Below are positions 10,601 to 18,821 of a stretch of DNA of 44,479 nucleotides, piece by piece; within the stretch, counting starts at the first letter, position 1, and each line of letters opens with the position of its first letter. Where the stretch lies: positions 1 through 44,479 of the forward strand of contig JANLWX010000066.1 of NCBI GenBank assembly GCA_031364845.1, given 5' to 3'. Position numbers and translations under genes: made by a program. This stretch comes from Candidatus Eiseniibacteriota bacterium. Lineage in GTDB: Bacteria > Eisenbacteria > RBG-16-71-46. The notes below the pieces were generated by a model. It had not been told where the DNA came from, did no database searches, and worked only from the letters and a program-made list of their open reading frames with translations.

Positions 10601-11950
10601 GATGCGTTCAACCTGCGCGGCCATGAGCGCCACGTAGCACAGGTCGCCGGTGACCGGATCGATCGCAAAGTCCACCGGCCCTTCGGCGCCGGTCGCGAAA
10701 TCCTGGATCGCGACCGCGCGGTCGTTCCCATCGAACGTGGCAACGCGGATCCAGTTGCCGCCGAAGTCGGCGAAGAACAGGCCGCCCTGGAACGGCGCGG
10801 GATAGCGCGATCCCGTGTAGAACGCGCCGACCATCGCGCAGTTGCCGATGAGTCCCGGCACCGGTGGGATCGCGACCGAAGCATCCGTGTGGTGCCAGGC
10901 GATGGTCGGCGCCGTGGGCTCGTCGAGAGGATCACAGCCGAGCCGCGAAGGTGTCGCGAGCGCGTACGAGTCCTGCGCCTGCGCTCCCTCGAAGCACGGC
11001 CAGCCGAAATCGTGTCCGCCTTCGCGGGCGACGTCCAGTTCCTCCCAGGTCACCCAGCCTACATCGCCGATGAACAAGGTCCCCGGCATGCCAAGCGCTG
11101 GATTCGAAGCACCGGTTCCCGGACGCACCGCCATGCGGAACGGATTGCGCATGCCGTACGCCCATACCCGCGAGCGCGCTGATCCGGGCGCTGCGGGATC
11201 GTAGAACGGATTGGACGGGAACCCGCGCCCGGTCGCCTTGTCGATCCTCAGGACTTTTCCGCTGAGGGACGACGGATCGCGTGCCCGGAACGCGCCGATA
11301 TCTTCCGCGGGATCGGTGCGCCCGGAACCGAAGCCCTCGGGATACATGCCGCCCGCGTCGGTCTCGTTGGAGTAGGCGCCATCGCCGATCGAGACCAGCA
11401 GGCTTCCGTCCACTCCAAAGCGCAGCGAGCCGACGCCGTGCGCCGACCCTGCGATCAGCGGGCCATGGGTCCAGTCCACCCCCATGAGAATCGTCCGTGA
11501 CGCGGCGATGGCCGTGGGGGCGACGAGGTCCGGGCTCAGCTGGTAGCGCGTGAGGCGGCCGAAGCTGAAGTCGCTCGATTCGACGCCGTTGCTGTCCGGA
11601 TCCACCGCGTAGAGGAGGTAGACGAACCGGTTGGTCGCGAACTGCGGATCGACCGCGATGCTCATCAGTCCGCAGTCCTGCGCGGCACCGACCTCCGGTT
11701 TTCCATCCCATACCGGCGCCGGCGCGCGCAGGCCATGATCGACGAGCCACACCCGGCCCTCCTTCTCCCCGACCAGCATGCGTCCATCGGGAAGGAACGC
11801 CAGACAGGTCGGGGTCGCCAAGCTCGCGTTCGTCACCGCCCGCTCGACGACGAACGACGAAGGCACCGCGGGTGCGGCGGACGCCGGCGTGGCCGCGGCG
11901 GCGGCGCACGCGGCGAGCGCGACGAGCCGCAAGAGACGGAATCCGGTCAC
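7670..11950 (-). CDS. Large secreted modular protein: PQQ-dependent sugar dehydrogenase (GSDH) propeller, PKD, duplicated beta-sandwich, CARDB, FN3-like, FlgD-Ig/T9SS-like CTD
   Basis: LAFLPDGRMLVGEK, G.L.FG.DG.L.VSIGDG, LSGKVLRI, AYGMRNPFR, GDVGW..WEE, FGWPCFEG; PKD WSFGDG...HTY..PG.Y; GTG start overlaps the upstream stop (GTGA). Confidence 0.85.
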   Translation of the reverse strand: MTGFRLLRLVALAACAAAAATPASAAPAVPSSFVVERAVTNASLATPTCLAFLPDGRMLVGEKEGRVWLVDHGLRAPAPVWDGKPEVGAAQDCGLMSIAVDPQFATNRFVYLLYAVDPDSNGVESSDFSFGRLTRYQLSPDLVAPTAIAASRTILMGVDWTHGPLIAGSAHGVGSLRFGVDGSLLVSIGDGAYSNETDAGGMYPEGFGSGRTDPAEDIGAFRARDPSSLSGKVLRIDKATGRGFPSNPFYDPAAPGSARSRVWAYGMRNPFRMAVRPGTGASNPALGMPGTLFIGDVGWVTWEELDVAREGGHDFGWPCFEGAQAQDSYALATPSRLGCDPLDEPTAPTIAWHHTDASVAIPPVPGLIGNCAMVGAFYTGSRYPAPFQGGLFFADFGGNWIRVATFDGNDRAVAIQDFATGAEGPVDFAIDPVTGDLCYVALMAAQVERIRYVGSGANEPGVSMSADRRVGTAPLTVGFSSAGSFSPIGRPLTFTWSFGDGSGDHQGHPEHTYAAPGFYQAVLTVNDDLGNELRDTIGIVATNGAPFPTTPVLDSFNRANGALGSAWESVLDGVSIRDSALVQSAGLATPVWREGWFGPMQEASITLHALTPSPHHTLLLKVQGDDPQAGNVQVRYHHGDRRLSVATYTPNSGWVTHGVLEPFTFDPGDRFGARAYANAIVEVYRNEEVVGTFSIDGWPYASGGGRIGLALENNKTSRLDDFRGGTADLGLNRVPQAIILRPGEGSFFVAGEPITLSAAGTDVEDDPSLLAFQWQVDQHHNNHTHPAVFTSDERSTSYVGEDHDDGTGTHLAVLLRVTDLGGASDTASVELYPEVDLEPASLTTTLPGAGANLELRFQIANHGRMPAPLSRWAVALDGTVIAEGDTVVPALDSVLIVRDVGPIATGAHALGIMVDSLGAVHETDEANNRASRTLSTDPEFPTTRVLDTFDRPDGGAGGSWVGNVTSLVIADSALSQNGAPSPSSVWSGLSFGPDQEAYFTFATIVPACRRYCLMLKVQGDSIAQGGIEVRYDGTLSTIQVATQQPGVGAKLRGTLGSVSFANGDRFGARARRDGTVEVFKNGSSLGSVLIGTWSFHGSGGRVGVNFAGATGSRIEDFGGGTFVAGPNLSPLAGFETGSATYHSAGDTVSFHSTSADGEEGIESLHHEWRGDLLHGDHEDLGVYTSELRDDRWVLADPEGGGTWRLVLRVTDSGGLSGTSEVLLLPESARPDAVPPVFTSPPDLAAYNVHALLHWQTDEPATGRVWWAPTASPADSVVLETPTATAHQINLTGLTPGRAYRFRVTATDSAGNRSVAPLDSFVTRASVTGTEESLPRVLELSRPAPNPSAGSVDLRLALPAETDVEFSVFDIQGRLVWRAPPRRWPAGTVDLRWPGVTRSGRRARAGIYLAQVQAGNITLRRRVAIVR

Positions 11951-12906
11951 CACCACCGGCTCGTCGCGGGCGGATCGCGAAACAACAGCGGCTGGAGGTG
12001 ACGCACGGCCTGCTCGATTCCTTCGATCGGCGCGAACGTCGGGTCCTCGTGCTCGATCGAGATCACGCCGCGGTAGCCCGAAGTCTGGAGCTCGGTGAGG
12101 ATCCGCTTCCACGACAGGTCGCCCCAGCCCGGCACGCGGAACCGAAACCCGCGTCCCGGCCGGTCCCACGCTCCGTGCGCCTGGAGTCCCGAGCGCGCGG
12201 CGTGGTGCGCCACCAGCTCACCGTCCTTCGCGTGGACGTGCACGATGCGATCGCCGAGTTCGGCGATGAACGCGACGGGATCGGTGCCGGCGATCATCAG
12301 ATTGGCGGGATCGAAGTTGAACGCGAGCGCGGGATGGTGGTCGACCGCTTCGAGCGCGAGCCGCGCGGTGTCGAGGTTGTAAGCGAACTGACGCGGATGG
12401 CATTCGATCGCGAACCGCACGCCGCGCCGCTGGAAATCGTCGAGCACGGGCATCATGCGCTCGCGGAACGCGGGCATCATGCGCTCGTAGCCGTCTTCGA
12501 CCGGCCACGGGAACCAGCGCGAATAGTCCTCGCACCCGGTGAAGCCGGACACGATGCCGACGCCCATCGCCTCCGCAAGCTCGGCGGTGAGCGCCAGGCG
12601 CTTGCGGGCGAATGCGATCTTCGCGGGCGCATCGCCTTCGAACATGACGTCGGTGTCGGCGCTATGAGGCCCGAAAAGCAGCTGGCCTTCGGCGTGGTTC
12701 GAGAGGGCGGAGATCGTGACGCCGGCCGTCGCGAAACTCCGCCGCAGGGCCTCGCCCCGGCCGGCCACGGCCGACTCGAGATCGACGAACGGGTTCGCCC
12801 GGTGAACCGGAAGCTCCATGGCCGAAAGACCGAGGGCGGCCACTTGTTTCAGCGCCGCATCGAGCGGCAGGTGATAAAATGCCTGGGCGCAGACGCCGAG
12901 TTTCAT
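11947..12906 (-). CDS. Sugar-phosphate isomerase/epimerase, xylose-isomerase-like TIM barrel (IolE/MocC-like)
   Basis: Metal-site motifs AIECHP, NFDPANL, HVHAKD, SIEHED; start re-called at ATG 12906 (MKLGV). Confidence 0.85.
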   Translation of the reverse strand: MKLGVCAQAFYHLPLDAALKQVAALGLSAMELPVHRANPFVDLESAVAGRGEALRRSFATAGVTISALSNHAEGQLLFGPHSADTDVMFEGDAPAKIAFARKRLALTAELAEAMGVGIVSGFTGCEDYSRWFPWPVEDGYERMMPAFRERMMPVLDDFQRRGVRFAIECHPRQFAYNLDTARLALEAVDHHPALAFNFDPANLMIAGTDPVAFIAELGDRIVHVHAKDGELVAHHAARSGLQAHGAWDRPGRGFRFRVPGWGDLSWKRILTELQTSGYRGVISIEHEDPTFAPIEGIEQAVRHLQPLLFRDPPATSRWW

Positions 12907-13174
12907 CGGACTCCGAGGGCTCGAAGCGTGGCATGAGGCAGGCGGGACTCGGGAGGCGGGACCCCGCACGCGGCAGAACCCAACCGGTAGCCGGCGCGCG
13001 GGCGCCCGAAACCGGTGACGGATTCTCTTACAGATTGCACAAGCTCAGTCGTTCCACGCAACCGGAAACGCCTCGACAGGCGCGGGACGAAGGTCGCATA
13101 GAGAGGGAGCCCGCTCGTTGCAATCGCGGCGATCCTGCGATGTCCGGTTTCGGATGTTGTCGTAACCGGCGAGA

Positions 13175-13190
13175 TGGTCCGACAATTGCC
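13175..13190 (+). promoter_or_regulatory. Putative sigma-54 -24/-12 promoter of the biosynthetic operon
   Basis: TGGTCCG-ACAA-TTGC, exact GG-N10-GC spacing, 50 bp upstream of the GTG at 13240; GGAGGA RBS follows. Confidence 0.55.
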
Positions 13191-13239
13191 CATGCGGTGG
13201 AGGGAACCCCGTCCATGACGTGTTCTGGAGGATACCTCC

Positions 13240-15402
13240 GTGCCGCGAACCGTTTTGATCACAGGAGCCCAGGGTTTCATCGGGCGCTATCTGGTCTCTC
13301 ATTGGCTGACGTCCTCACCCGGCGATCAGGTCATCGGGCTCGGTCGTTCACCGGGCAATCTCGAGCGCTTCACCCACTCCGTCACCTGGGGTGACGAGCG
13401 GGTCCCGGCCCCGCTGCCCGAGCCGCTGCGCGCGACGCTGAACGATGCGCGCTATCGCTATCACGCCGTGCCGCTCACCGATCGTGATGCGATGAAGGAC
13501 GTGCTCGAGCAGACGCGGCCCGACGTCGTCGTCCATCTGGCGGGCGCTCTGCGTGACGAAACCGCGGAGCATCTGTTCCGATCGAACGTGCTCGGGACCG
13601 AACAGCTTCTCGAGTGCATCGCGCTCGCAGGCATCGGCACGCCGCGCTTCATCCACGGATCGTCGGGCATCATCGGCGCCGATTCGAGCGGGAAACGGCT
13701 TCCGGTTGCGGACGATGCGATCGGATCGCCGGTCGATCTCTACACGGTCAGCAAGGCGGCGACCGAGCAGGTGGCGAGGATCGTGGCCGCGCGCCACGGA
13801 ATCCCGCTCGTGATCGCGCGGATCTTCAACGTCGTGGGTCCGGGTCAGGACGAGCGTCACATCTGCGGCTGGCTCGCGCGCCAGTGCGCGCACGTGATCA
13901 CAGGCCGCGCGGACGACACGATCCTGGTCGGACCGCGCGACACCACGCGTGACTTCGTCGATGTGCGCGATGTCGCCGCCGCGCTCCACCTGCTCGCCGA
14001 TCGAGGTGCCGCGGGCGAGACCTACAATGTCGCGACCGGCCGTGAGACCGCGATTGCCGAGGTCTTCGACGGTTTCATCGCACGGCTTCCGCGGCCGGTC
14101 ATGGTCACCGAACTGCCGGCGCGACCGAAAGACGTCATGCGTCACGTCGCCGACGTCTCGAAGATCGAAGCGCTCGGTCATCGGACCGCCGTGCCGCTCG
14201 CCGACAGCATCACCGAAACGCTGCAGTACTACCTCGACCTCGATGCGCGCGCGATCGCCCCGGCGCCGGCGCCCGATCGGGGTGCCGCCCAGTTCCTCGA
14301 AGTGGCGTTCCAACAGCGCCACGGCTACACGATTGAAGTCCGCAACGGACTGCTCACCGACCTTCCGGCCACGCTGCAGTGCGCGTTCCCCGACCGGCGC
14401 ATGGTCGTGCTGACTGACGACAAGGTGTCGGCGCTGGTGGGGCGCGACCTCACGGCGCGGATGCAGGGGTGCGGCATCTCGGCGGCCGAGATCGTGGTGC
14501 CCGAAGGCGAGCGTTCGAAGAGCTTCGAGACGCTGCGCGACGTCATCGCGCACATGTACGAACTCGGCTTCGATCGCCGCGCGCTGCTCGTCACGCTCGG
14601 CGGCGGGGTCATCATGGACCTCGGCGGTTTCGCCGCATCGTGCTACATGCGCGGCGTCGAATACGTGAATGTGCCGACCACGCTGCTCGCGCAGCACGAC
14701 GCCGCGATCGGCGGCAAGGTGGCGGTCAACGCGCCGTGGGCCAAGAATTTCGTGGGCGCATTCCATCACCCGCGCGCCGTCTATTGCGATCCCGCGGTGC
14801 TCACGTCGCTGCCGTTGCGCGATCTCAACGCCGGCATCGCGGAAGCCATCAAGGTCGGCCTGATCGCGGACGCGGCACTCATCCGTCTGCTCGAATCACA
14901 TGCGCATGCGATCCAGCACGATCGCGATCCGAAGCTGCTCGAAGAGATCGTGCTGCGTGCCGCGCGCGGCAAGGTCGACCTGCTCGCGCCGGATCCGCTC
15001 GAGACCGATCTGCGGCGGCCGCTCAATCTCGGTCACACGTTCGGCCACCCGCTGGAAACGCGGCTCGCGTATCAAGGACTGCTCCACGGTGAAGCGGTGG
15101 CGATGGGCATGGCGGTCGCGACCGCGGCCTCGGAGTCGATGGGGATCTGCGCGCCCGAGACCGCCGAGCGCATCTTCCGCCTGCTGCGCGCCTACGACCT
15201 GCCGCCCAAGATCGCTCTTTCGGATCTGCTCGCCGCGCGCGACAACGTGCGCGCGGTGCGGCTCGTGCGCGGCAATCGCCTGCACTTCGTGCTGCCCGCG
15301 GGCATCGGGTCGTACCGGATCGTTCCCGATCTGCCGGATCACGTGCTGACTGCGGCGATCGAGCACGTGGGCGCCCATCCGATGTTCTCGAGAGCTGTGT
15401 GA
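13240..15402 (+). CDS. Fusion: extended-SDR NAD-dependent epimerase/reductase (N-term) + DHQS-superfamily sugar-phosphate cyclase (C-term; 2-epi-valiolone-synthase-like candidate)
   Basis: N-term: ITGAQGFIG, YTVSK, RIFNVVGP, RDFVDVRD. C-term: GGGVIMD, YMRG, PTTLLAQHDAAIGGK, KNFVGAF, AEAIK, LNLGHTFGH, LHGEAVAMG. Confidence 0.9.
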   Translation: MPRTVLITGAQGFIGRYLVSHWLTSSPGDQVIGLGRSPGNLERFTHSVTWGDERVPAPLPEPLRATLNDARYRYHAVPLTDRDAMKDVLEQTRPDVVVHLAGALRDETAEHLFRSNVLGTEQLLECIALAGIGTPRFIHGSSGIIGADSSGKRLPVADDAIGSPVDLYTVSKAATEQVARIVAARHGIPLVIARIFNVVGPGQDERHICGWLARQCAHVITGRADDTILVGPRDTTRDFVDVRDVAAALHLLADRGAAGETYNVATGRETAIAEVFDGFIARLPRPVMVTELPARPKDVMRHVADVSKIEALGHRTAVPLADSITETLQYYLDLDARAIAPAPAPDRGAAQFLEVAFQQRHGYTIEVRNGLLTDLPATLQCAFPDRRMVVLTDDKVSALVGRDLTARMQGCGISAAEIVVPEGERSKSFETLRDVIAHMYELGFDRRALLVTLGGGVIMDLGGFAASCYMRGVEYVNVPTTLLAQHDAAIGGKVAVNAPWAKNFVGAFHHPRAVYCDPAVLTSLPLRDLNAGIAEAIKVGLIADAALIRLLESHAHAIQHDRDPKLLEEIVLRAARGKVDLLAPDPLETDLRRPLNLGHTFGHPLETRLAYQGLLHGEAVAMGMAVATAASESMGICAPETAERIFRLLRAYDLPPKIALSDLLAARDNVRAVRLVRGNRLHFVLPAGIGSYRIVPDLPDHVLTAAIEHVGAHPMFSRAV

Positions 15403-16292
15403 GCGTGAAAACGCTCGGGGTCGATCTCGGCGGCACGAAGGCGGCAGCCGGAATCGTGGATGGCGATGGCGCGCTCGAGTTGCGGGACACGACCGCGACC
15501 GGTGTTTCGTTCACACCCGCGATGCTGATCGACTTCATCGCCGCGGCCCGGGACGCGGCCGGCGGTTCGATCGAAACGATCGGCATCGGGTTTCCGGGGC
15601 TCGTCGAACCCGCGACCGGGCGCGTGTTGTCGTCGGTGATCATTCCGGGATGGGAGGGCGTCGAGTTGAGCGCGATGGTTCGGGATCGATTCGGCGTGCC
15701 GTGCGCGGTGGCGAACGACGTCGACAACGCCGCGCGCGGTGAAGCGCACGTGCGCGGACTGTCGCATGACGATCTGTTCTTCGTTTCGGTCGGCACCGGC
15801 ATCGGCGGTGCCTGGTGGTCGCGGGGATCGGTGCGCGGCGGCGCGTCGGGTCTCGCGGGAGAGATCGGCCACACCGTCGTGAGCGACCATCCGCGATGCG
15901 CGTGCGGCCGTCACGGATGTGTCGGCGCGCTCGCCTCGGGGCGCGCGATCGAGGCACGGCTCGGGCTCGAACGCGGCGGACTCGAAGCGCGCATGCGTGC
16001 CGCGTCGCCGGACGATCAGGCCGTCGTGCGCGAGGCGGGGAGCATGCTCGGACGCGCGCTTGCGAATCTGATCCATCTCCTGCATCCCGCGCTGGTCGTG
16101 ATCGGCGGCGGGGTTGCGCGGATACCGGGCTATGTCGAAGCCGCGGCCGCGAGCGCGGAGGCGGAAGTGATGGCCGACTTCCGTCCGCGCCTGCGCATCG
16201 AACGATCGCGCGCCGGCTGCGATGCCGGTGTGATCGGCAGCGCACTGCTCGGCCGATCGTGCGCCGGCGCTCGGGACGGGCTCCGCACATGA
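15399..16292 (+). CDS. ROK-family sugar/cyclitol kinase
   Basis: GVDLGGTK, GIGFPG, NDVDNAA, VGTGIGG, AGEIGH, CACGRHGC; no HTH; GTGA overlap. Confidence 0.9.
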   Translation: MSVKTLGVDLGGTKAAAGIVDGDGALELRDTTATGVSFTPAMLIDFIAAARDAAGGSIETIGIGFPGLVEPATGRVLSSVIIPGWEGVELSAMVRDRFGVPCAVANDVDNAARGEAHVRGLSHDDLFFVSVGTGIGGAWWSRGSVRGGASGLAGEIGHTVVSDHPRCACGRHGCVGALASGRAIEARLGLERGGLEARMRAASPDDQAVVREAGSMLGRALANLIHLLHPALVVIGGGVARIPGYVEAAAASAEAEVMADFRPRLRIERSRAGCDAGVIGSALLGRSCAGARDGLRT

Positions 16293-17188
16293 TCCGCCCG
16301 ATCGAGCGTGGGCGCTGCGTGCTGTGCGGAAGCTCGGATGGCGACGTCGTGCTCCAGGAAGCCGGCTGGTCCGGTCGCGAGTGCGCGTGCGGCGTGGTCT
16401 ACATCGATCCGCGGCCCGGCGAGCACGCGATCGATCCGACGCACGACATGCACGTCGACGACTACTACGAGCTTCCGTCGCGCGATCGCATGGACTGGAT
16501 CGCACACGCCCGCGGGCCGTGCCGCCTGCTCGAAGTGGGCGGAGGCAGCGGGCACCTGCTCCAGCGCGCGCGGGAGCGCGGCTATCAGGTGCAGGCGATC
16601 GAGCCCAACCCCGAGTGCGCGCGCGCACTCGAAGCACTCGGCATTCCGGTCGAGCGCCGGATCGTCGAGGAGTCGCAGTTGCCCGACGGTTCGGCCGACG
16701 TCGTGTTCCACGTCGATCTGCTGAGCCACTTCCCCGATCCGGTGCGCGCGCTCACGGCGATGAAGCGCATCGCAGGACCCAAGGGTCTGTTGTGCTTCGA
16801 GGTCGGAGTGTTCGGCGGGCTTTCGCGGGGCTGGTATCCGTGGATCGGGCGGCCGGGCTTTCCGGAACACCTGTGGTTCTACTCGGAGCCGGCGATCGAG
16901 AAGGTACTGGCGGGCGCCGGGCTCGAGATCGTGGAGCGCAAGCGCTTCGGACTGTTCCCCTCGACGATCCTGAGCTCGGTGGGCCGCAGGGTGTTCGGCC
17001 GGACGATGTCGCCGACCGCCACCGCGTCGTCCGCGGCGCCGCCCGGAGCCCCGGTCGCCTCATCGGGGATCGGACGCCACTACGGTCACCTCCAGTACCT
17101 GCTGCGCTACCGGTGGGGCGCGCGGATTCCCGCATGGGGGCCGCACGCATTGTTCGTCACCGCACGCGCCGGGAACGACGCTCGATGA
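16289..17188 (+). CDS. Class I SAM-dependent methyltransferase with N-terminal Cys (Zn-ribbon-like) motifs
   Basis: CVLC...CACG, LLEVGGGSG, DLLSHFPDP, PEHLWFY; start re-called at ATG 16289 (ATGA overlap). Confidence 0.85.
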   Translation: MIRPIERGRCVLCGSSDGDVVLQEAGWSGRECACGVVYIDPRPGEHAIDPTHDMHVDDYYELPSRDRMDWIAHARGPCRLLEVGGGSGHLLQRARERGYQVQAIEPNPECARALEALGIPVERRIVEESQLPDGSADVVFHVDLLSHFPDPVRALTAMKRIAGPKGLLCFEVGVFGGLSRGWYPWIGRPGFPEHLWFYSEPAIEKVLAGAGLEIVERKRFGLFPSTILSSVGRRVFGRTMSPTATASSAAPPGAPVASSGIGRHYGHLQYLLRYRWGARIPAWGPHALFVTARAGNDAR

Positions 17189-18462
17189 CGCCGAAGGCTG
17201 CGGCGCCCGAGGCGATGTTCTTCGTTCACATGCTGCCCCGGTTCGTCAGCGACTTCGCGATGCTCGCGAATCAGCTCGCGGAGTCCGGCGCGCGCGTCAC
17301 CGTGTTCGCGCCGGGCTCGGCGGCTCCGAGTCCGAAGCCCGCCACGCCGGCGACTCCCGCGGAAGGCACCGACGCCCCGTGGTGGAAGCGCCGCGAGGTC
17401 CTCGATGCCGCGCGCGCCCGGCTCGATCCGGCGATCGCAGTCGAGCGGCTTCCGCTCCAGCGCGACCGCGTGACGCCGTGGGCCGCGCTGTCGACCGCGC
17501 TGCTCGCGTGGCGGATGGGACGGCGGCATCCGGACGCGATGTTCTTCATGTGGACCGTCATTCCGTTCGTGCTCGCGGGCCTGCCGCTGCGGCTGCTCGG
17601 CCGGCGTTGCGTGTTCATGGTGACGGGACTCGGCACGGTGTTCGGGTCCGACGCGTGGCGCGTGCGAATGATCCGGCCGTTCGTCGTGCTGCTCTATGGT
17701 TACCTGTTTCGTGCGGCGAACAGCCGCGTGGTCGTCCACAACGGCGAGGACAAGGACTTCCTGGTCGCGCGCCTCGGACTGCGGTCCGAGCACGTGATGG
17801 TCACACCGGGATGCGGTGTCGATCCCGACGAGTATCCGTGGATCGAAGCCGCGCGCAATCCGCGGCCCGTGATCTACGCACCGGTGCGGCTCATTCCCGA
17901 AAAAGGCGTCGAGGACGCGGTCGAGGCATCGCGGATCCTTCACGAGCAGGGCGTGGAGCACGAACTGTGGTTCAGTTCCGAGATCGACCGCGGCAACCCG
18001 ATGGCGTTCCAGGATGGCGATGTCGCGCGCATGAAGGCGAAGAGCCCGTGTGTGCGTTTCCTCGGCCATCATCCGAGCGTGGTGCCGCTCTATCAGGCCT
18101 GCGATGTGATGTGCATGCCGACGTGCTATCGCGAAGGGCTCCCGACCGCGATCCTCGAATCGGCCGCGTGCGGCCGCGCGATGGTCGCGACCGACAACGT
18201 CGGCTGCCGCGAGTTCGTGTTCCACGAAGACACGGGTCTCATCGTTCCTCGCCACGACCCGGTCGCACTCGCGGCGGCGCTCGAGCGCATGTGCCAAGAT
18301 GCGGCACTCAGGGAGCGGCTGCGGCGCCGGGCATACGAGGCGTTCCGCGCACGATTCACCAAGCAGATCATGGTCGATCGCACCTGGACCCTGATCGAGA
18401 GTCTCGGCTGGCCGCTGCCGAACCCTCGTACGACCAGTACTACCGGCGCGGAGATCGCGTGA
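17185..18462 (+). CDS. GT4-family (GT-B) glycosyltransferase
   Basis: VTGLG.VF, HNGED, GCGVD, RLIPEKG, YREGLPTAILESAACGR, TDNVGCRE; start re-called at ATG 17185. Confidence 0.9.
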   Translation: MTPKAAAPEAMFFVHMLPRFVSDFAMLANQLAESGARVTVFAPGSAAPSPKPATPATPAEGTDAPWWKRREVLDAARARLDPAIAVERLPLQRDRVTPWAALSTALLAWRMGRRHPDAMFFMWTVIPFVLAGLPLRLLGRRCVFMVTGLGTVFGSDAWRVRMIRPFVVLLYGYLFRAANSRVVVHNGEDKDFLVARLGLRSEHVMVTPGCGVDPDEYPWIEAARNPRPVIYAPVRLIPEKGVEDAVEASRILHEQGVEHELWFSSEIDRGNPMAFQDGDVARMKAKSPCVRFLGHHPSVVPLYQACDVMCMPTCYREGLPTAILESAACGRAMVATDNVGCREFVFHEDTGLIVPRHDPVALAAALERMCQDAALRERLRRRAYEAFRARFTKQIMVDRTWTLIESLGWPLPNPRTTSTTGAEIA

Positions 18463-18821
18463 CACCGTTCGACCGATGCAACCTGGACGAACTGCCGTGG
18501 ACTTCGATCGTCGCCCACGGCGGCGAAGGGCACATCCGATTCCACCGCATCGCCGATGACGCGGCGACGAACGGAGCGTGCCACTTCATCGACGTGGCCG
18601 AGCTTCCGCCGGGTGCATCGATCGGCCGCCACGCGCACACCGAACACGAGGAGGAGTTCTACCTCGTGCTGTCGGGAAGCGGCGACATGTGGCGCGATGG
18701 CGAATCGTTTCCGGTGCGCGCGGGCGATGTGGTGCGCAATCGACCGGGCGGTGCGCATGGGCTCGTGAATTCCGGGTCGTCGCCGCTGCGGATCTTCGTC
18801 TTCGAAGTGCGGGTGCCATGA
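18459..18821 (+). CDS. Cupin-domain protein
   Basis: PGASIGRHAH..EEEFYLVLSG.G...GD......G..HGL.N; GTG start overlaps the GT stop. Confidence 0.85.
   Translation: MTPFDRCNLDELPWTSIVAHGGEGHIRFHRIADDAATNGACHFIDVAELPPGASIGRHAHTEHEEEFYLVLSGSGDMWRDGESFPVRAGDVVRNRPGGAHGLVNSGSSPLRIFVFEVRVP

Noticed and set aside
11947..15402. ebo-type cluster (cyclase + TIM barrel)
   Set aside because: No UbiA prenyltransferase, TatD-like or alkaline-phosphatase-family gene nearby
14320..15402. Housekeeping aroB assignment
   Set aside because: No shikimate-pathway neighbours, fused to an SDR, and atypical motifs; gene symbol withheld, although DHQS activity is not excluded
13240..17188. Mycosporine or gadusol cluster (cyclase + methyltransferase)
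   Set aside because: The cyclase lacks DDGS/EEVS motifs; there is no ATP-grasp, NRPS or MT-Ox gene
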